Shown piece after piece: positions 9,316 to 18,196 of a stretch of DNA of 63,768 bases; positions within the stretch are counted from its first letter, which is position 1; each line of letters begins with the position of its first letter. Under the pieces are notes generated by a model. The model was not told where the DNA came from. It made no database searches and was given only the letters and a program-made list of their open reading frames with translations. The DNA is from Eubacteriales bacterium (GTDB taxonomy: Bacteria > Bacillota > Clostridia > Oscillospirales > CAG-272). The position numbers and the translations under genes are program-made. The stretch covers positions 1 through 63,768 of the forward strand of contig JAZOSP010000122.1 of assembly GCA_045657165.1 (NCBI GenBank). Reading direction: 5' to 3'.

Positions 9316-10365
9316 TTGGAAACCTTAGGCACTATACTCATAGCAATTCTGGTATTTGGCTTTTTGATTTTCATTCACGAGTTCGGGCACTATATTTTTG
9401 CCAGAATCTTTAAGGTAACGATAAACGAGTTTTCTATAGGCATGGGACCGAAGCTCGTCTGGTACGATTCAAAGAAAACGGGAATCCGTTATGCGCTTTC
9501 TATGATTCCGATAGGCGGCTACGTTGCTATGGCAGGCGAGGACGGCGAGTCGGACGACCCGAACTCCTTTGATAAAAAACCTGCGTGGCAGCGCTTTATC
9601 ATAACCGTCGCGGGTGCTGCGGTCAATATTATAGCAGGCTTCCTTGCTATGATAATTCTCACCTCTATGATTAAGCTCTACGGCACGACGGTTGAAAAAT
9701 TCTATACCGCGGAGCAGTCGGGCTCTGAGATTTCCTCGTCCGAGTCGGGACTTATGGAGGGCGATACTATAATTGCCGTCAACGGCAACAGGGTGTCAAT
9801 TTACGACGAGCTATCCTACGAGGTCATGCGCCACGGCAACAAGCCCGTGACCCTGACGGTGCTTCGCGACGGTGAGAGCGTGACACTCGAGGGCGTCGTC
9901 TTTCCGACGACCGAGGAGTCGGGTCAGAGCTTCGGTATGACCGACTTTATACCCAATCCTATGGGGCGCGACCTCGGCAGTATTCTTCGCTTCTCGTGGC
10001 ATAAATCCACGCTTATCGTTAAGATGTGCTGGGAGTCTATCATAGACCTTCTCACCGGCAGATACACCATAGCGGCAGTATCCGGACCTGTAGGAATATC
10101 CGAGGCAATAGGCACGGCGGCGCGCGCAGGTCTTCCGTCGTTGCTTTATATCACTGTGCTTATCAGTATAAATCTCGGAATTATGAACCTTTTGCCCATT
10201 CCCGCACTTGACGGTGGCAGGCTTATCACTATACTGTTTGAGATGATAACGAGAAAGCGCATACCCCCGAAAATCGAGGGCGTCGTAAACGGAGTCGGAC
10301 TCCTGCTTCTCCTCGGCTTCTCGGTGTTTATTATGATTAAGGACGTGGTGCAGATTATCGTGTGA
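9316..10365 (+). CDS. rseP: RIP metalloprotease RseP (site-2 protease with PDZ)
   Basis: HEFGH, FSIGMGP and NLLPIPALDGG motifs; TTG start after AGGAG. Confidence 0.93.
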   Translation: METLGTILIAILVFGFLIFIHEFGHYIFARIFKVTINEFSIGMGPKLVWYDSKKTGIRYALSMIPIGGYVAMAGEDGESDDPNSFDKKPAWQRFIITVAGAAVNIIAGFLAMIILTSMIKLYGTTVEKFYTAEQSGSEISSSESGLMEGDTIIAVNGNRVSIYDELSYEVMRHGNKPVTLTVLRDGESVTLEGVVFPTTEESGQSFGMTDFIPNPMGRDLGSILRFSWHKSTLIVKMCWESIIDLLTGRYTIAAVSGPVGISEAIGTAARAGLPSLLYITVLISINLGIMNLLPIPALDGGRLITILFEMITRKRIPPKIEGVVNGVGLLLLLGFSVFIMIKDVVQIIV

Positions 10366-10385
10366 GCGCCGCGATTTGAGGCTTT

Positions 10386-11468
10386 ATGAATTATAACGGT
10401 TACAGAAGAAAAAGCAGAGAAATAACAGTTGGCAGAGTAGGTATTGGAGGAAAAAATCCGATATCCGTGCAGTCGATGACCAATACGGACACACACGACG
10501 TGGAGGCAACCTACCGACAGGTAAGCGAGCTTGCCCGCGCGGGCTGCGATATCGTCAGAATAACCGCGCCCGACCTCGAGTCGGCAGAAACCTTTCGCGA
10601 GCTTAAGGCGAGAGGAGTCGGCGTGCCGCTTGTCGCCGACGTGCATTTTAACTATAAAATTGCCGTTGCCGCCGCCTTGGCGGGGGCTGATAAAATCAGA
10701 ATAAACCCCGGTAATATAGGCGGCAAGGAAAGGGTGCGCGAGGTTGTCCGCGCCTGCCGAGAGAGAGGCATACCTATTCGAATAGGCGTCAACTCCGGCT
10801 CGCTTGAGGAATCAATACTCAAAAGGCACGGTGCGCCCACCGCCGAGGCGCTTGCAGAGAGCGCACTTTATCATGCGTCGCTGCTCGAGGACCTTGATTT
10901 TACCAATATTGCAATATCGGTAAAGGCGTCGGACGTGCAGACTATGATAAGAGCCAACCGTATCCTTGCAGAGAAAACCGACTATCCCCTCCACCTCGGT
11001 GTTACCGAGGCGGGCGCGCGCACTGCCGCACTTGTAAAATCAAGCGTTGGAATAGGAGCGCTTCTTTCCGAGGGTATAGGAGACACCCTGCGTGTTTCGC
11101 TCACCGACGACCCGTGCGAGGAGCCGCGAGTTGCAAGAGAAATTTTGCGCTCCCTCTCGCTTGATACCGCACCCTCTATGGATATCGTTGCCTGCCCGAC
11201 CTGCGGCAGGACTAAAATTAATCTTATATCTCTCCTCTCCGAATTTGAAGAGAGAGTAAAGCGCGAGGGGCTTGACACCTTCGGTATCAAGGTTGCTCTT
11301 ATGGGCTGTGCCGTTAACGGGCCCGGCGAGGCGCGTGAGGCAGATATAGGAATCGCAGGCGGAGACGGCGAGGGACTTCTTTTCAAAAAGGGAGAAATCA
11401 TAAGAAAGATTAAAGAGGACAGGCTCATAGACGAGCTTATAGATGAAATAAAGCGTATGCGCGAGTAG
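10386..11468 (+). CDS. ispG: (E)-4-hydroxy-3-methylbut-2-enyl-diphosphate synthase
   Basis: VQSMTNT, RINPGNIG, LHLGVTEAG, CPTCGR and GCAVNGPGEA motifs. Confidence 0.96.
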   Translation: MNYNGYRRKSREITVGRVGIGGKNPISVQSMTNTDTHDVEATYRQVSELARAGCDIVRITAPDLESAETFRELKARGVGVPLVADVHFNYKIAVAAALAGADKIRINPGNIGGKERVREVVRACRERGIPIRIGVNSGSLEESILKRHGAPTAEALAESALYHASLLEDLDFTNIAISVKASDVQTMIRANRILAEKTDYPLHLGVTEAGARTAALVKSSVGIGALLSEGIGDTLRVSLTDDPCEEPRVAREILRSLSLDTAPSMDIVACPTCGRTKINLISLLSEFEERVKREGLDTFGIKVALMGCAVNGPGEAREADIGIAGGDGEGLLFKKGEIIRKIKEDRLIDELIDEIKRMRE

Positions 11469-11484
11469 CGCGAGAGGAAAAGGA

Positions 11485-14400
11485 ATGCAGACCGAAAAAG
11501 GCTTTTTAGACGTTTTCAAAAAATACGAGCCCACAGCCGAAAAGCGTGAGCTCCTTTTGCGCGCGCATACTGCGCGATTCAGATACACGAGAGAGCCTAT
11601 GAGAGTCGAGGTCGAGCTTTCCTTTGATTCGCGTGAGGACGCCGAGCTTATATACGAGATTGAGGACGAGTGCCGCGCACTCTATGCGGCGGAGTCCTTT
11701 AAGATTTTGCCGCACTTTCCCCCTGAGAGCTTTAGCATAGATTGCTTTGACGAGATAGCCTGCGAGGCGGCAGTGTGCGGCGCTGTTACCAACGGCTTTT
11801 TTGCCGACGCTACGTACCGTGACGACGGTGAGAGCATTACGGTGCTCTTGCCGTTTGCCGCCTCGGGCATAGATTTTGTGAAGGACGCAAACACAGAGGC
11901 AATTTTAGCCAATATTCTTCGCAGCCGCTACGGTGTAACCCGCAGTGTGAAAATAACCGCAGGAGTAGGAGCAGACGAGCGCGCGTCAAGGTGGGAGTCG
12001 CGCCGCGCCGAGATTTTGGCTGAGACCGAGCGAGCTGACAGAGAGCGCTTTATAAAGGAGCGCGAGGAGGCAGCAAAGCGCCGTGAGGAGGAGGCGCGTG
12101 CCGCCGACCCCACCTACGGCTTTGAGGCAAGGTCTGGCATTTCCTCTGCGACGGGCGATAATAAAAGGATAGACGAGCACGTCTATAAAATGGGTGCGAC
12201 AACCTACGACGTCTCGGAGTGCGAGGCGGTCTTTGGCGAGGACTTTGACGTGTCGGAGCCGACGCCGCTATCGGATTTCCTTTCGGTACATAACCGCACG
12301 GTATTTCTTGGCACGGTCTTTGAGGTATCGACGAAGGAAACCCGCCGCGGTGACAAAACGAGCATTACGGTTGGTATTTCCGACGGTGCGTCGGCGGCGT
12401 ATGCAAAAAAGCTTCTGCCCACCGAAGAAATCGGCTGGGTCAAGGGGCTGAAGGCAGGTGCTGACGTCGCCGTGCTCGGCAAGGTAACGACCGATAAATT
12501 TGATAATGAGCCGTATCTTTCGATACTTGGAATAAAGAAAATAAAAAAGGTGCTCCGCACCGACGGCGCACCCGAAAAAAGAGTTGAGCTTCATCTGCAC
12601 ACCAATATGTCGCAGATGGACGCTATGATAACTCCCGCCGAGCTTGTAAACACGGCGATAAGGTGGGGTCACAAGGCGATAGCCATTACCGACCACGGCA
12701 ACGTTCAGGCGTTTCCCGAGGCAATGCTTGCCCTTGAAAAATCGAAAAACGAGGACTTAAAGCTCCTTTACGGCATTGAGGCGTATTTCGTTAACGACAC
12801 CGAGAGGTGCGTTTTTGGTGGAAAATATCCCGCGTTTGACGACGAGATGATAGTCTTCGACCTTGAGACGACGGGACTTTCAAACCGTACGGCACGTATT
12901 ATTGAAATAGGTGCTGTGAAAATCAAGGACGGCAGGGTTATTGACGAGTTTGACACCTTCGTCGACCCCGAGTGCGAAATCTCCGAGGAGATTACCGCCC
13001 TCACCTCTATAACCAACGATATGGTAAAGGGCGCACCGCGCGAGGAAGAAGCGGTCAGAGCATTCCTTGACTTTGCAGGCGACAGAATGCTTATCGCGCA
13101 TAACGCGAACTTTGACGTCGGCTTCATCCGTGTCGCGGCTGAGCGACACGGTCTGCCGTTTACTAACACCTATCTTGACACGGTAGGTCTTTCGAGATAC
13201 GTCAATCCCGAGCTTAAAAAGCATAAGCTCGACGTGATAGCAGAGCACTATAAGCTCGGCGATTTCCACCACCACAGAGCCTCTGACGATGCGCGAATGC
13301 TCGCGGAGATATTCTTCGTTATGCAAAAGAGGCTAAAGAGCGAGGGCGTTACCACCTTCTCTCATATGGTTGAAAATATGAGTGAGCGCTCAGACCCCTT
13401 GAAGCTACGACCCTATCATATGATAATTTTCGCAAAAAACAAAGAGGGGCTCAAGAATCTTTACAAGCTTATATCTTACAGCTATCTCGACTATTATCAC
13501 AGAAATCCGAGAATGCCGAAATCTGTTATAGAGCAGCACAGAGAGGGACTTATTATAGGCTCTGCTTGCGAGGCGGGCGAGCTTTATAAGGCAATTCTCG
13601 ACGGCAGTAAAACGAGTCAGGAAATCGAGGACATAGCCTCGTTTTACGATTATCTTGAAATTCAGCCGCTCGGCAACAACCGCTTCCTCATAGACGAGGG
13701 GCAGGTTCGTGACGAGGAGGCGCTACGAGATATTAACCGTAAAATCTACGAGCTTGGCAAAAAGCTCGGCAAGCCCGTGTGCGCAACCTGCGACGCTCAT
13801 TTTCTCAACGAGGAGGACGAAATTTACAGGCGTATTCTCCTTGCGGGAATGAAATTCAAGGACGCGGACAAGCCAATGCCCATATACCTTCGCACGACCG
13901 AGGAAATGCTCGCTGAGTTTTCGTATCTTGGCGAGGACGTCGCGCGCGAGGTGGTAATTGAAAACCCGAACAAAATCGCCGATATGTGCGAGCGTATCCG
14001 TCCGATACCCGAGGGCGCTTATCAGCCATCTCTTGAGGGAGCAAACGAGGAGCTTACCGAATCCTGCTGGCGCCGCGCGCACGAGTGGTTCGGCGAGGAG
14101 CTGCCCGAGATAGTTGAGAAAAGACTCAGCCGTGAGCTTGACTCGATTATCAAAAACGGCTTTGCGGTTCTCTATATGATTGCGGTAAAGCTCGTTGCAT
14201 ACTCTGAGAGCCTTGGCTATCTTGTAGGCTCGCGAGGCTCGGTCGGCTCGTCGCTCGTCGCGACAATGTCGGGTATATCCGAGGTTAATCCTCTGCCGCC
14301 GCATTACAGATGTCCGAAGTGTAAGTACAGTGAATTCTTCACCGACGGCTCGGTCGGCTCGGGCTTTGACCTTGACGATAAGAGGTGCCCCGTGTGCGGA

Positions 14401-15894
14401 GAATGGCTTTATCAGGACGGTCACGACATACCCTTTGAGACTTTCCTCGGCTTCTACGGTGACAAATCCCCCGATATCGACTTAAACTTCTCGGGCGACG
14501 TGCAGGGCAGAGTACATAAATACACTGAGGAGCTTTTTGGTCAGGGGCACGTTTACCGCGCGGGCACGACGGGTACTCTTGCCGATAAAACCGCGTGGGG
14601 CTACGTCAATAAGTACCTTGAGGAGCGCCAAATCAAAATTCCCAAGGCAGAAATATCTCATATGGTAACGAAGCTTGTGGGAATAAAGCGAACGACTGGT
14701 CAGCATCCCGGTGGCATTATAGTTGTGCCTAAGGAATACGATATCTACGATTTTACCCCCGTTCAGCACCCGGCAGACGACCCGAAGTCGTCAATAATCA
14801 CAACTCATTTCCAGTTCACCTATCTTCACGATACGATACTGAAGCTTGACGAGCTCGGGCACGATATTCCCACCAAGTATAAAATGCTTGAGAAATATAC
14901 GAATACGAGCGTGCTTGACGTCAAGATGAACGATAAGTCGGTCTACGAGCTCTTTGCCTCGACAAAGCCGCTTGGAATAACGCCCTCGGATATCGGTGGA
15001 TGTCAGCTTGGCACCTACGGTATTCCCGAGATGGGCACGAAGTTTATCCAACAGGTTCTCCTTGACGCAAAGCCGAGGACCTTTGCCGACCTACTCCAGA
15101 TTTCGGGACTCACTCACGGCACCGACGTGTGGCTCGGCAACGCGCAGGAGCTTATTAAAAACGGAACCTGTACGATATCAGAGGTTGTGGGAACACGTGA
15201 CGGAATAATGCTATATCTCATACAAAAGGGACTCGATAACTCTATGTCCTTCAAGATAATGGAGGACGTCCGTAAGGGAAGGGGACTGAAGCCCGAGTAT
15301 GAGCAGGAAATGATAGCCCACGGTGTACCCGAATGGTATATCTGGTCCTGTAAGAAAATCAAGTACATGTTCCCGAAGGCACATGCCGCAGCATACGATA
15401 TGTCGGCGATACGCCTCGGCTGGTATAAGATTTATTATCCTATGGAGTTTTACGCAGCGTTCTTAAGCGTAGCTCCGGGCGGCTTCGACGCGGAAATCGT
15501 CAGTCGCGGCTACGACGGCGTATCCGCGGCAATCAGCGAGATTGAGGCAAAGGGCGTCGAGGCAACCGCAAAGGAAAATGAAACCTGCCAGACTCTCTAC
15601 CTTGTCAGAGAAGCACTTGCCAGAGGTGTCAAGTTCTTAAACGTTGACCTAAAGCGCTCCGACGCCACGGCTTTCTTGCCCGAGGACGGAAAAATCAGAA
15701 TGCCATTTAATTCACTTGTAGGTCTTGGCGACACGGCGGCTGAAAAGATAATACACGCAAGAGACAATTATGACATTTATTCCATAGAGGATTTGCGTGA
15801 GCACACCGGTATATCGAAATCGGTTATCGAAATTCTGCGCCGTAATCACGTCCTTGACGGACTCTCGGAGACAAATCAGTTCTCATTCTTCTAA
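11485..15894 (+). CDS. polC: DNA polymerase III PolC-type alpha subunit
   Basis: OB fold; PHP (ELHLHT, TDHG); embedded DEDDh exonuclease (FDLETTG, AHNANFD, HRASDDA); SRGSVGSS; CxxC zinc finger; PDIDLNF; YMFPKAHA. Confidence 0.97.
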   Translation: MQTEKGFLDVFKKYEPTAEKRELLLRAHTARFRYTREPMRVEVELSFDSREDAELIYEIEDECRALYAAESFKILPHFPPESFSIDCFDEIACEAAVCGAVTNGFFADATYRDDGESITVLLPFAASGIDFVKDANTEAILANILRSRYGVTRSVKITAGVGADERASRWESRRAEILAETERADRERFIKEREEAAKRREEEARAADPTYGFEARSGISSATGDNKRIDEHVYKMGATTYDVSECEAVFGEDFDVSEPTPLSDFLSVHNRTVFLGTVFEVSTKETRRGDKTSITVGISDGASAAYAKKLLPTEEIGWVKGLKAGADVAVLGKVTTDKFDNEPYLSILGIKKIKKVLRTDGAPEKRVELHLHTNMSQMDAMITPAELVNTAIRWGHKAIAITDHGNVQAFPEAMLALEKSKNEDLKLLYGIEAYFVNDTERCVFGGKYPAFDDEMIVFDLETTGLSNRTARIIEIGAVKIKDGRVIDEFDTFVDPECEISEEITALTSITNDMVKGAPREEEAVRAFLDFAGDRMLIAHNANFDVGFIRVAAERHGLPFTNTYLDTVGLSRYVNPELKKHKLDVIAEHYKLGDFHHHRASDDARMLAEIFFVMQKRLKSEGVTTFSHMVENMSERSDPLKLRPYHMIIFAKNKEGLKNLYKLISYSYLDYYHRNPRMPKSVIEQHREGLIIGSACEAGELYKAILDGSKTSQEIEDIASFYDYLEIQPLGNNRFLIDEGQVRDEEALRDINRKIYELGKKLGKPVCATCDAHFLNEEDEIYRRILLAGMKFKDADKPMPIYLRTTEEMLAEFSYLGEDVAREVVIENPNKIADMCERIRPIPEGAYQPSLEGANEELTESCWRRAHEWFGEELPEIVEKRLSRELDSIIKNGFAVLYMIAVKLVAYSESLGYLVGSRGSVGSSLVATMSGISEVNPLPPHYRCPKCKYSEFFTDGSVGSGFDLDDKRCPVCGEWLYQDGHDIPFETFLGFYGDKSPDIDLNFSGDVQGRVHKYTEELFGQGHVYRAGTTGTLADKTAWGYVNKYLEERQIKIPKAEISHMVTKLVGIKRTTGQHPGGIIVVPKEYDIYDFTPVQHPADDPKSSIITTHFQFTYLHDTILKLDELGHDIPTKYKMLEKYTNTSVLDVKMNDKSVYELFASTKPLGITPSDIGGCQLGTYGIPEMGTKFIQQVLLDAKPRTFADLLQISGLTHGTDVWLGNAQELIKNGTCTISEVVGTRDGIMLYLIQKGLDNSMSFKIMEDVRKGRGLKPEYEQEMIAHGVPEWYIWSCKKIKYMFPKAHAAAYDMSAIRLGWYKIYYPMEFYAAFLSVAPGGFDAEIVSRGYDGVSAAISEIEAKGVEATAKENETCQTLYLVREALARGVKFLNVDLKRSDATAFLPEDGKIRMPFNSLVGLGDTAAEKIIHARDNYDIYSIEDLREHTGISKSVIEILRRNHVLDGLSETNQFSFF

Positions 15895-15897
15895 AAG

Positions 15898-15923
15898 AAC
15901 GGGTTGCCACTCGGCAACCCGTT
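15898..15923. terminator. Hairpin between convergent polC and the small-gene cluster
   Basis: AACGGGTTGCC / GGCAACCCGTT inverted repeat. Confidence 0.65.
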
Positions 15924-15929
15924 AGCTAA

Positions 15930-16346
15930 CTATGTCACAAACAAAAGTAAAATAAGTATAATAGCACATTCCTTGTCGCCGTCCTTAGAGAAGAAAAGAT
16001 ATGCGGCGGCAGCTAAAATGAGGAGCTCCTCTGTGCCGATTTTCGGCATTTTTATGGACCCTATAAACGGCAGCTTAATACCGCCAAAGACGTTTCCGAG
16101 CGACCCTTTTCCAAAGAGCGAAAATACACTTTCGCTCTCCTTTTCTTCCTCTTTTTGAGGGCCCTGTGGCTCGCCGCTTCTCTCCCAAGGGTTTACTGCG
16201 ACGGGCTCCGTAGGTGGCGCCTCATCCATTATAGCGGCACCCGTGTCGAGTTTTTCATCTATTTCAGGCTCTCGCATAGCTATTCCGTCATAGCCGTCGG
16301 GCACTCCCGGTACACCGTCTCTTACTGCGTAACTTCGTGAGTACAT
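15930..16346 (-). CDS. Hypothetical protein (acidic/Pro-rich N-terminus, hydrophobic C-terminal EELLIL...ILLLF segment), possibly spore-associated
   Basis: GAGG RBS; abuts the upstream gene; last of a coupled 3-gene cluster. Confidence 0.65.
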   Translation of the reverse strand: MYSRSYAVRDGVPGVPDGYDGIAMREPEIDEKLDTGAAIMDEAPPTEPVAVNPWERSGEPQGPQKEEEKESESVFSLFGKGSLGNVFGGIKLPFIGSIKMPKIGTEELLILAAAAYLFFSKDGDKECAIILILLLFVT

Positions 16347-16673
16347 TTAATCACCTCGCCTCATGGTTTTAAGTATGTCGGCAACCGATACCATTGAGTC
16401 TATTGCCGCGGCGCGCTGTGAGGACAGATAGGGCTTCAGCATTGTAAGCAACTCACCGCGCCTTGAGCGCGGCCTTGACACGGGAATGCTTGCACTTACG
16501 CTCTCGGTCTTTTCATCTTGAGGCGTTTCTGTCACGGCGGGCGCCGTCTGCTCCGGCGGCGACTGTGTTGCGGCGTCCTTTTTTGCCATATTTGAGATTT
16601 CCTCAATGAGCTTTGGATTTTCCATTATCAGATTTATTATTCTTCCGATATCGGGAGTCCCATTCTCGCTCAT
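16347..16673 (-). CDS. Hypothetical protein (RxELLxxLKPYLSxxR motif), possibly spore-associated
   Basis: Overlaps the upstream gene by 4 nt; GELLTMLKPYLSSQR resembles a motif I recall from small clostridial proteins. Confidence 0.65.
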   Translation of the reverse strand: MSENGTPDIGRIINLIMENPKLIEEISNMAKKDAATQSPPEQTAPAVTETPQDEKTESVSASIPVSRPRSRRGELLTMLKPYLSSQRAAAIDSMVSVADILKTMRRGD

Positions 16674-16894
16674 TTTGTTCCGCTCTTTCTGTAAGTGTCG
16701 ATAATCCGCAGGGCGTCGCCGACGTTCAGCTTTGCTCCCGTTACCGCACCGCGAAGCTTCTCGAGCTCCTCGTGCGGAGGTGTTTTTTCGGGTAGGCTTA
16801 TGCCGTGCGATTTTGCGATTTTAACTACCTCGCACCAAAGCTCACCGTCGGGCTTTGCCGCAAGCTCCATGACCTTTTCTCTGTTAATTTTCAT
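16670..16894 (-). CDS. Small hypothetical protein (74 aa)
   Basis: AAGGGAG RBS; first gene of the coupled triad. Confidence 0.65.
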   Translation of the reverse strand: MKINREKVMELAAKPDGELWCEVVKIAKSHGISLPEKTPPHEELEKLRGAVTGAKLNVGDALRIIDTYRKSGTK

Positions 16895-16923
16895 TTTAGT
16901 TTACTCCCTTCAGTTCTACCGTC

Positions 16924-16949
16924 ATTATATGCAGTATGACTCTAAAGGT
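16924..16949 (-). promoter_or_regulatory. SigK/SigE-like (mother-cell sporulation) promoter
   Basis: AC-16 nt-CATATAAT directly upstream of the triad. Confidence 0.5.
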
Positions 16950-16986
16950 TAAACCCCAAAAAAGAAATTATTGAAATGAGGCAACT

Positions 16987-17487
16987 ATGAAACTTATCGT
17001 ATTTTCCGACTCTCACGGAGAGCGTCGGTACATCAGTCGTGCGCTTCTCTCGCACCCAGATGCCGACGCCGTTTTCTTTCTCGGTGACGGGCTATCGGAT
17101 ATGGAGGAGTGCTCGCTTGGAGAGAGCCGTCCGTGGCTTTTCGTACGCGGAAATTGCGATATATACGGCAGTGTGCGCGGCACACCCGCGCCCTTGTGCG
17201 ACGAGATAGTGCTCGAGGGGAAAAGAATAGTCTATACTCACGGCCACGCCTTTGACGTAAAGTTTTCTCTTGACGGTGTAATGTCGCTTGCCGAGGAGCG
17301 CAGAGCAGACCTCGTGCTTTTCGGTCATACTCATAGGCCACTTGAAAAGTACGCCAACCTATCCCACGGCGGAGTATATATCTTCAACCCGGGCAGTGTC
17401 TCAGGTCGCGACGGCTCGCCTGCCTACGGAGTTATCACCTTGACCGAGCGCGGTGTGCTCCTGTCACACGCATATCCCGCGCCTTAG
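16987..17487 (+). CDS. YfcE/YsnB-family metallophosphoesterase
   Basis: SDSHG, LGDG, RGNCD, THGH, GHTH and NPGS motifs. Confidence 0.9.
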   Translation: MKLIVFSDSHGERRYISRALLSHPDADAVFFLGDGLSDMEECSLGESRPWLFVRGNCDIYGSVRGTPAPLCDEIVLEGKRIVYTHGHAFDVKFSLDGVMSLAEERRADLVLFGHTHRPLEKYANLSHGGVYIFNPGSVSGRDGSPAYGVITLTERGVLLSHAYPAP

Positions 17488-17506
17488 AAAAGTTACTCGC
17501 GCAGCC

Positions 17507-17535
17507 TTGCATTTTTTCCCGTTTTATGATAAAAT
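17507..17535 (+). promoter_or_regulatory. SigA promoter of the XRE-ABC pair
   Basis: TTGCAT-17 nt-TAAAAT with TG extension. Confidence 0.65.
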
Positions 17536-17566
17536 ATTTTTATTCCGATGAAAGGAGAAGCCGTTT

Positions 17567-18196
17567 ATGAACGAGCTGCGTGAAATAATAGGCGCTAATA
17601 TAGCCGAGCTGCGCTCTGGTGCCAAGATGACTCAGACAAGGCTTGCAGAGCTACTGAATTACTCGGACAAGGCGGTTTCAAAATGGGAGCGCGGTGAGGC
17701 AGTACCCGACGTTGCCGTCCTCAAGAGAATTGCCGATTATTTCGGCGTTACCGTCGATTATCTTCTCAGCCGGGAGCACCCGGAGGGTGTTTCGCCCTCT
17801 GCCGTAGTGCGTGACGTGCGTATAAACAGACTTGTTGCTGCCTTTATATCGGTGGCAATCGTCTGGCTTCTTGCCTCGGTTGCGTTTGCCGTGCTTCTCG
17901 TGCTCGAGAGCGCGGTTCTGCCTCCGTGGCTCGTCTATATTTACGCTATACCCGTGACAGCCGCTGTAATTCTCATCTTCAACAGTCTGTGGGGAATGCG
18001 AAGGCTTAATTTCGTTCTCCTCTCTTTTCTTCTTTGGTGTACGATTTTATCGGCTTATCTTACGTTGCTTGCCGTCTGGCAGAGCAATTTGTGGGTTTTG
18101 TTTATCGTAGGCATACCCGTGCAAATTATATTGTTATTCACCCCGGCAATAAGACTTAGGGGTGGGAGAAAATCCATGTCAGGGAGTGATTTTTAG
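17567..18196 (+). CDS. XRE-family HTH regulator with a C-terminal 4-TM membrane domain
   Basis: TQTRLAELLNYSDKAVSKWERG HTH followed by four hydrophobic segments. Confidence 0.85.
   Translation: MNELREIIGANIAELRSGAKMTQTRLAELLNYSDKAVSKWERGEAVPDVAVLKRIADYFGVTVDYLLSREHPEGVSPSAVVRDVRINRLVAAFISVAIVWLLASVAFAVLLVLESAVLPPWLVYIYAIPVTAAVILIFNSLWGMRRLNFVLLSFLLWCTILSAYLTLLAVWQSNLWVLFIVGIPVQIILLFTPAIRLRGGRKSMSGSDF

Noticed and set aside
11485..15894. Possible intein or frameshift in polC
   Set aside because: Length and domain order are normal for PolC; no intein splice motifs; the charged stretch near aa 170-205 is a linker
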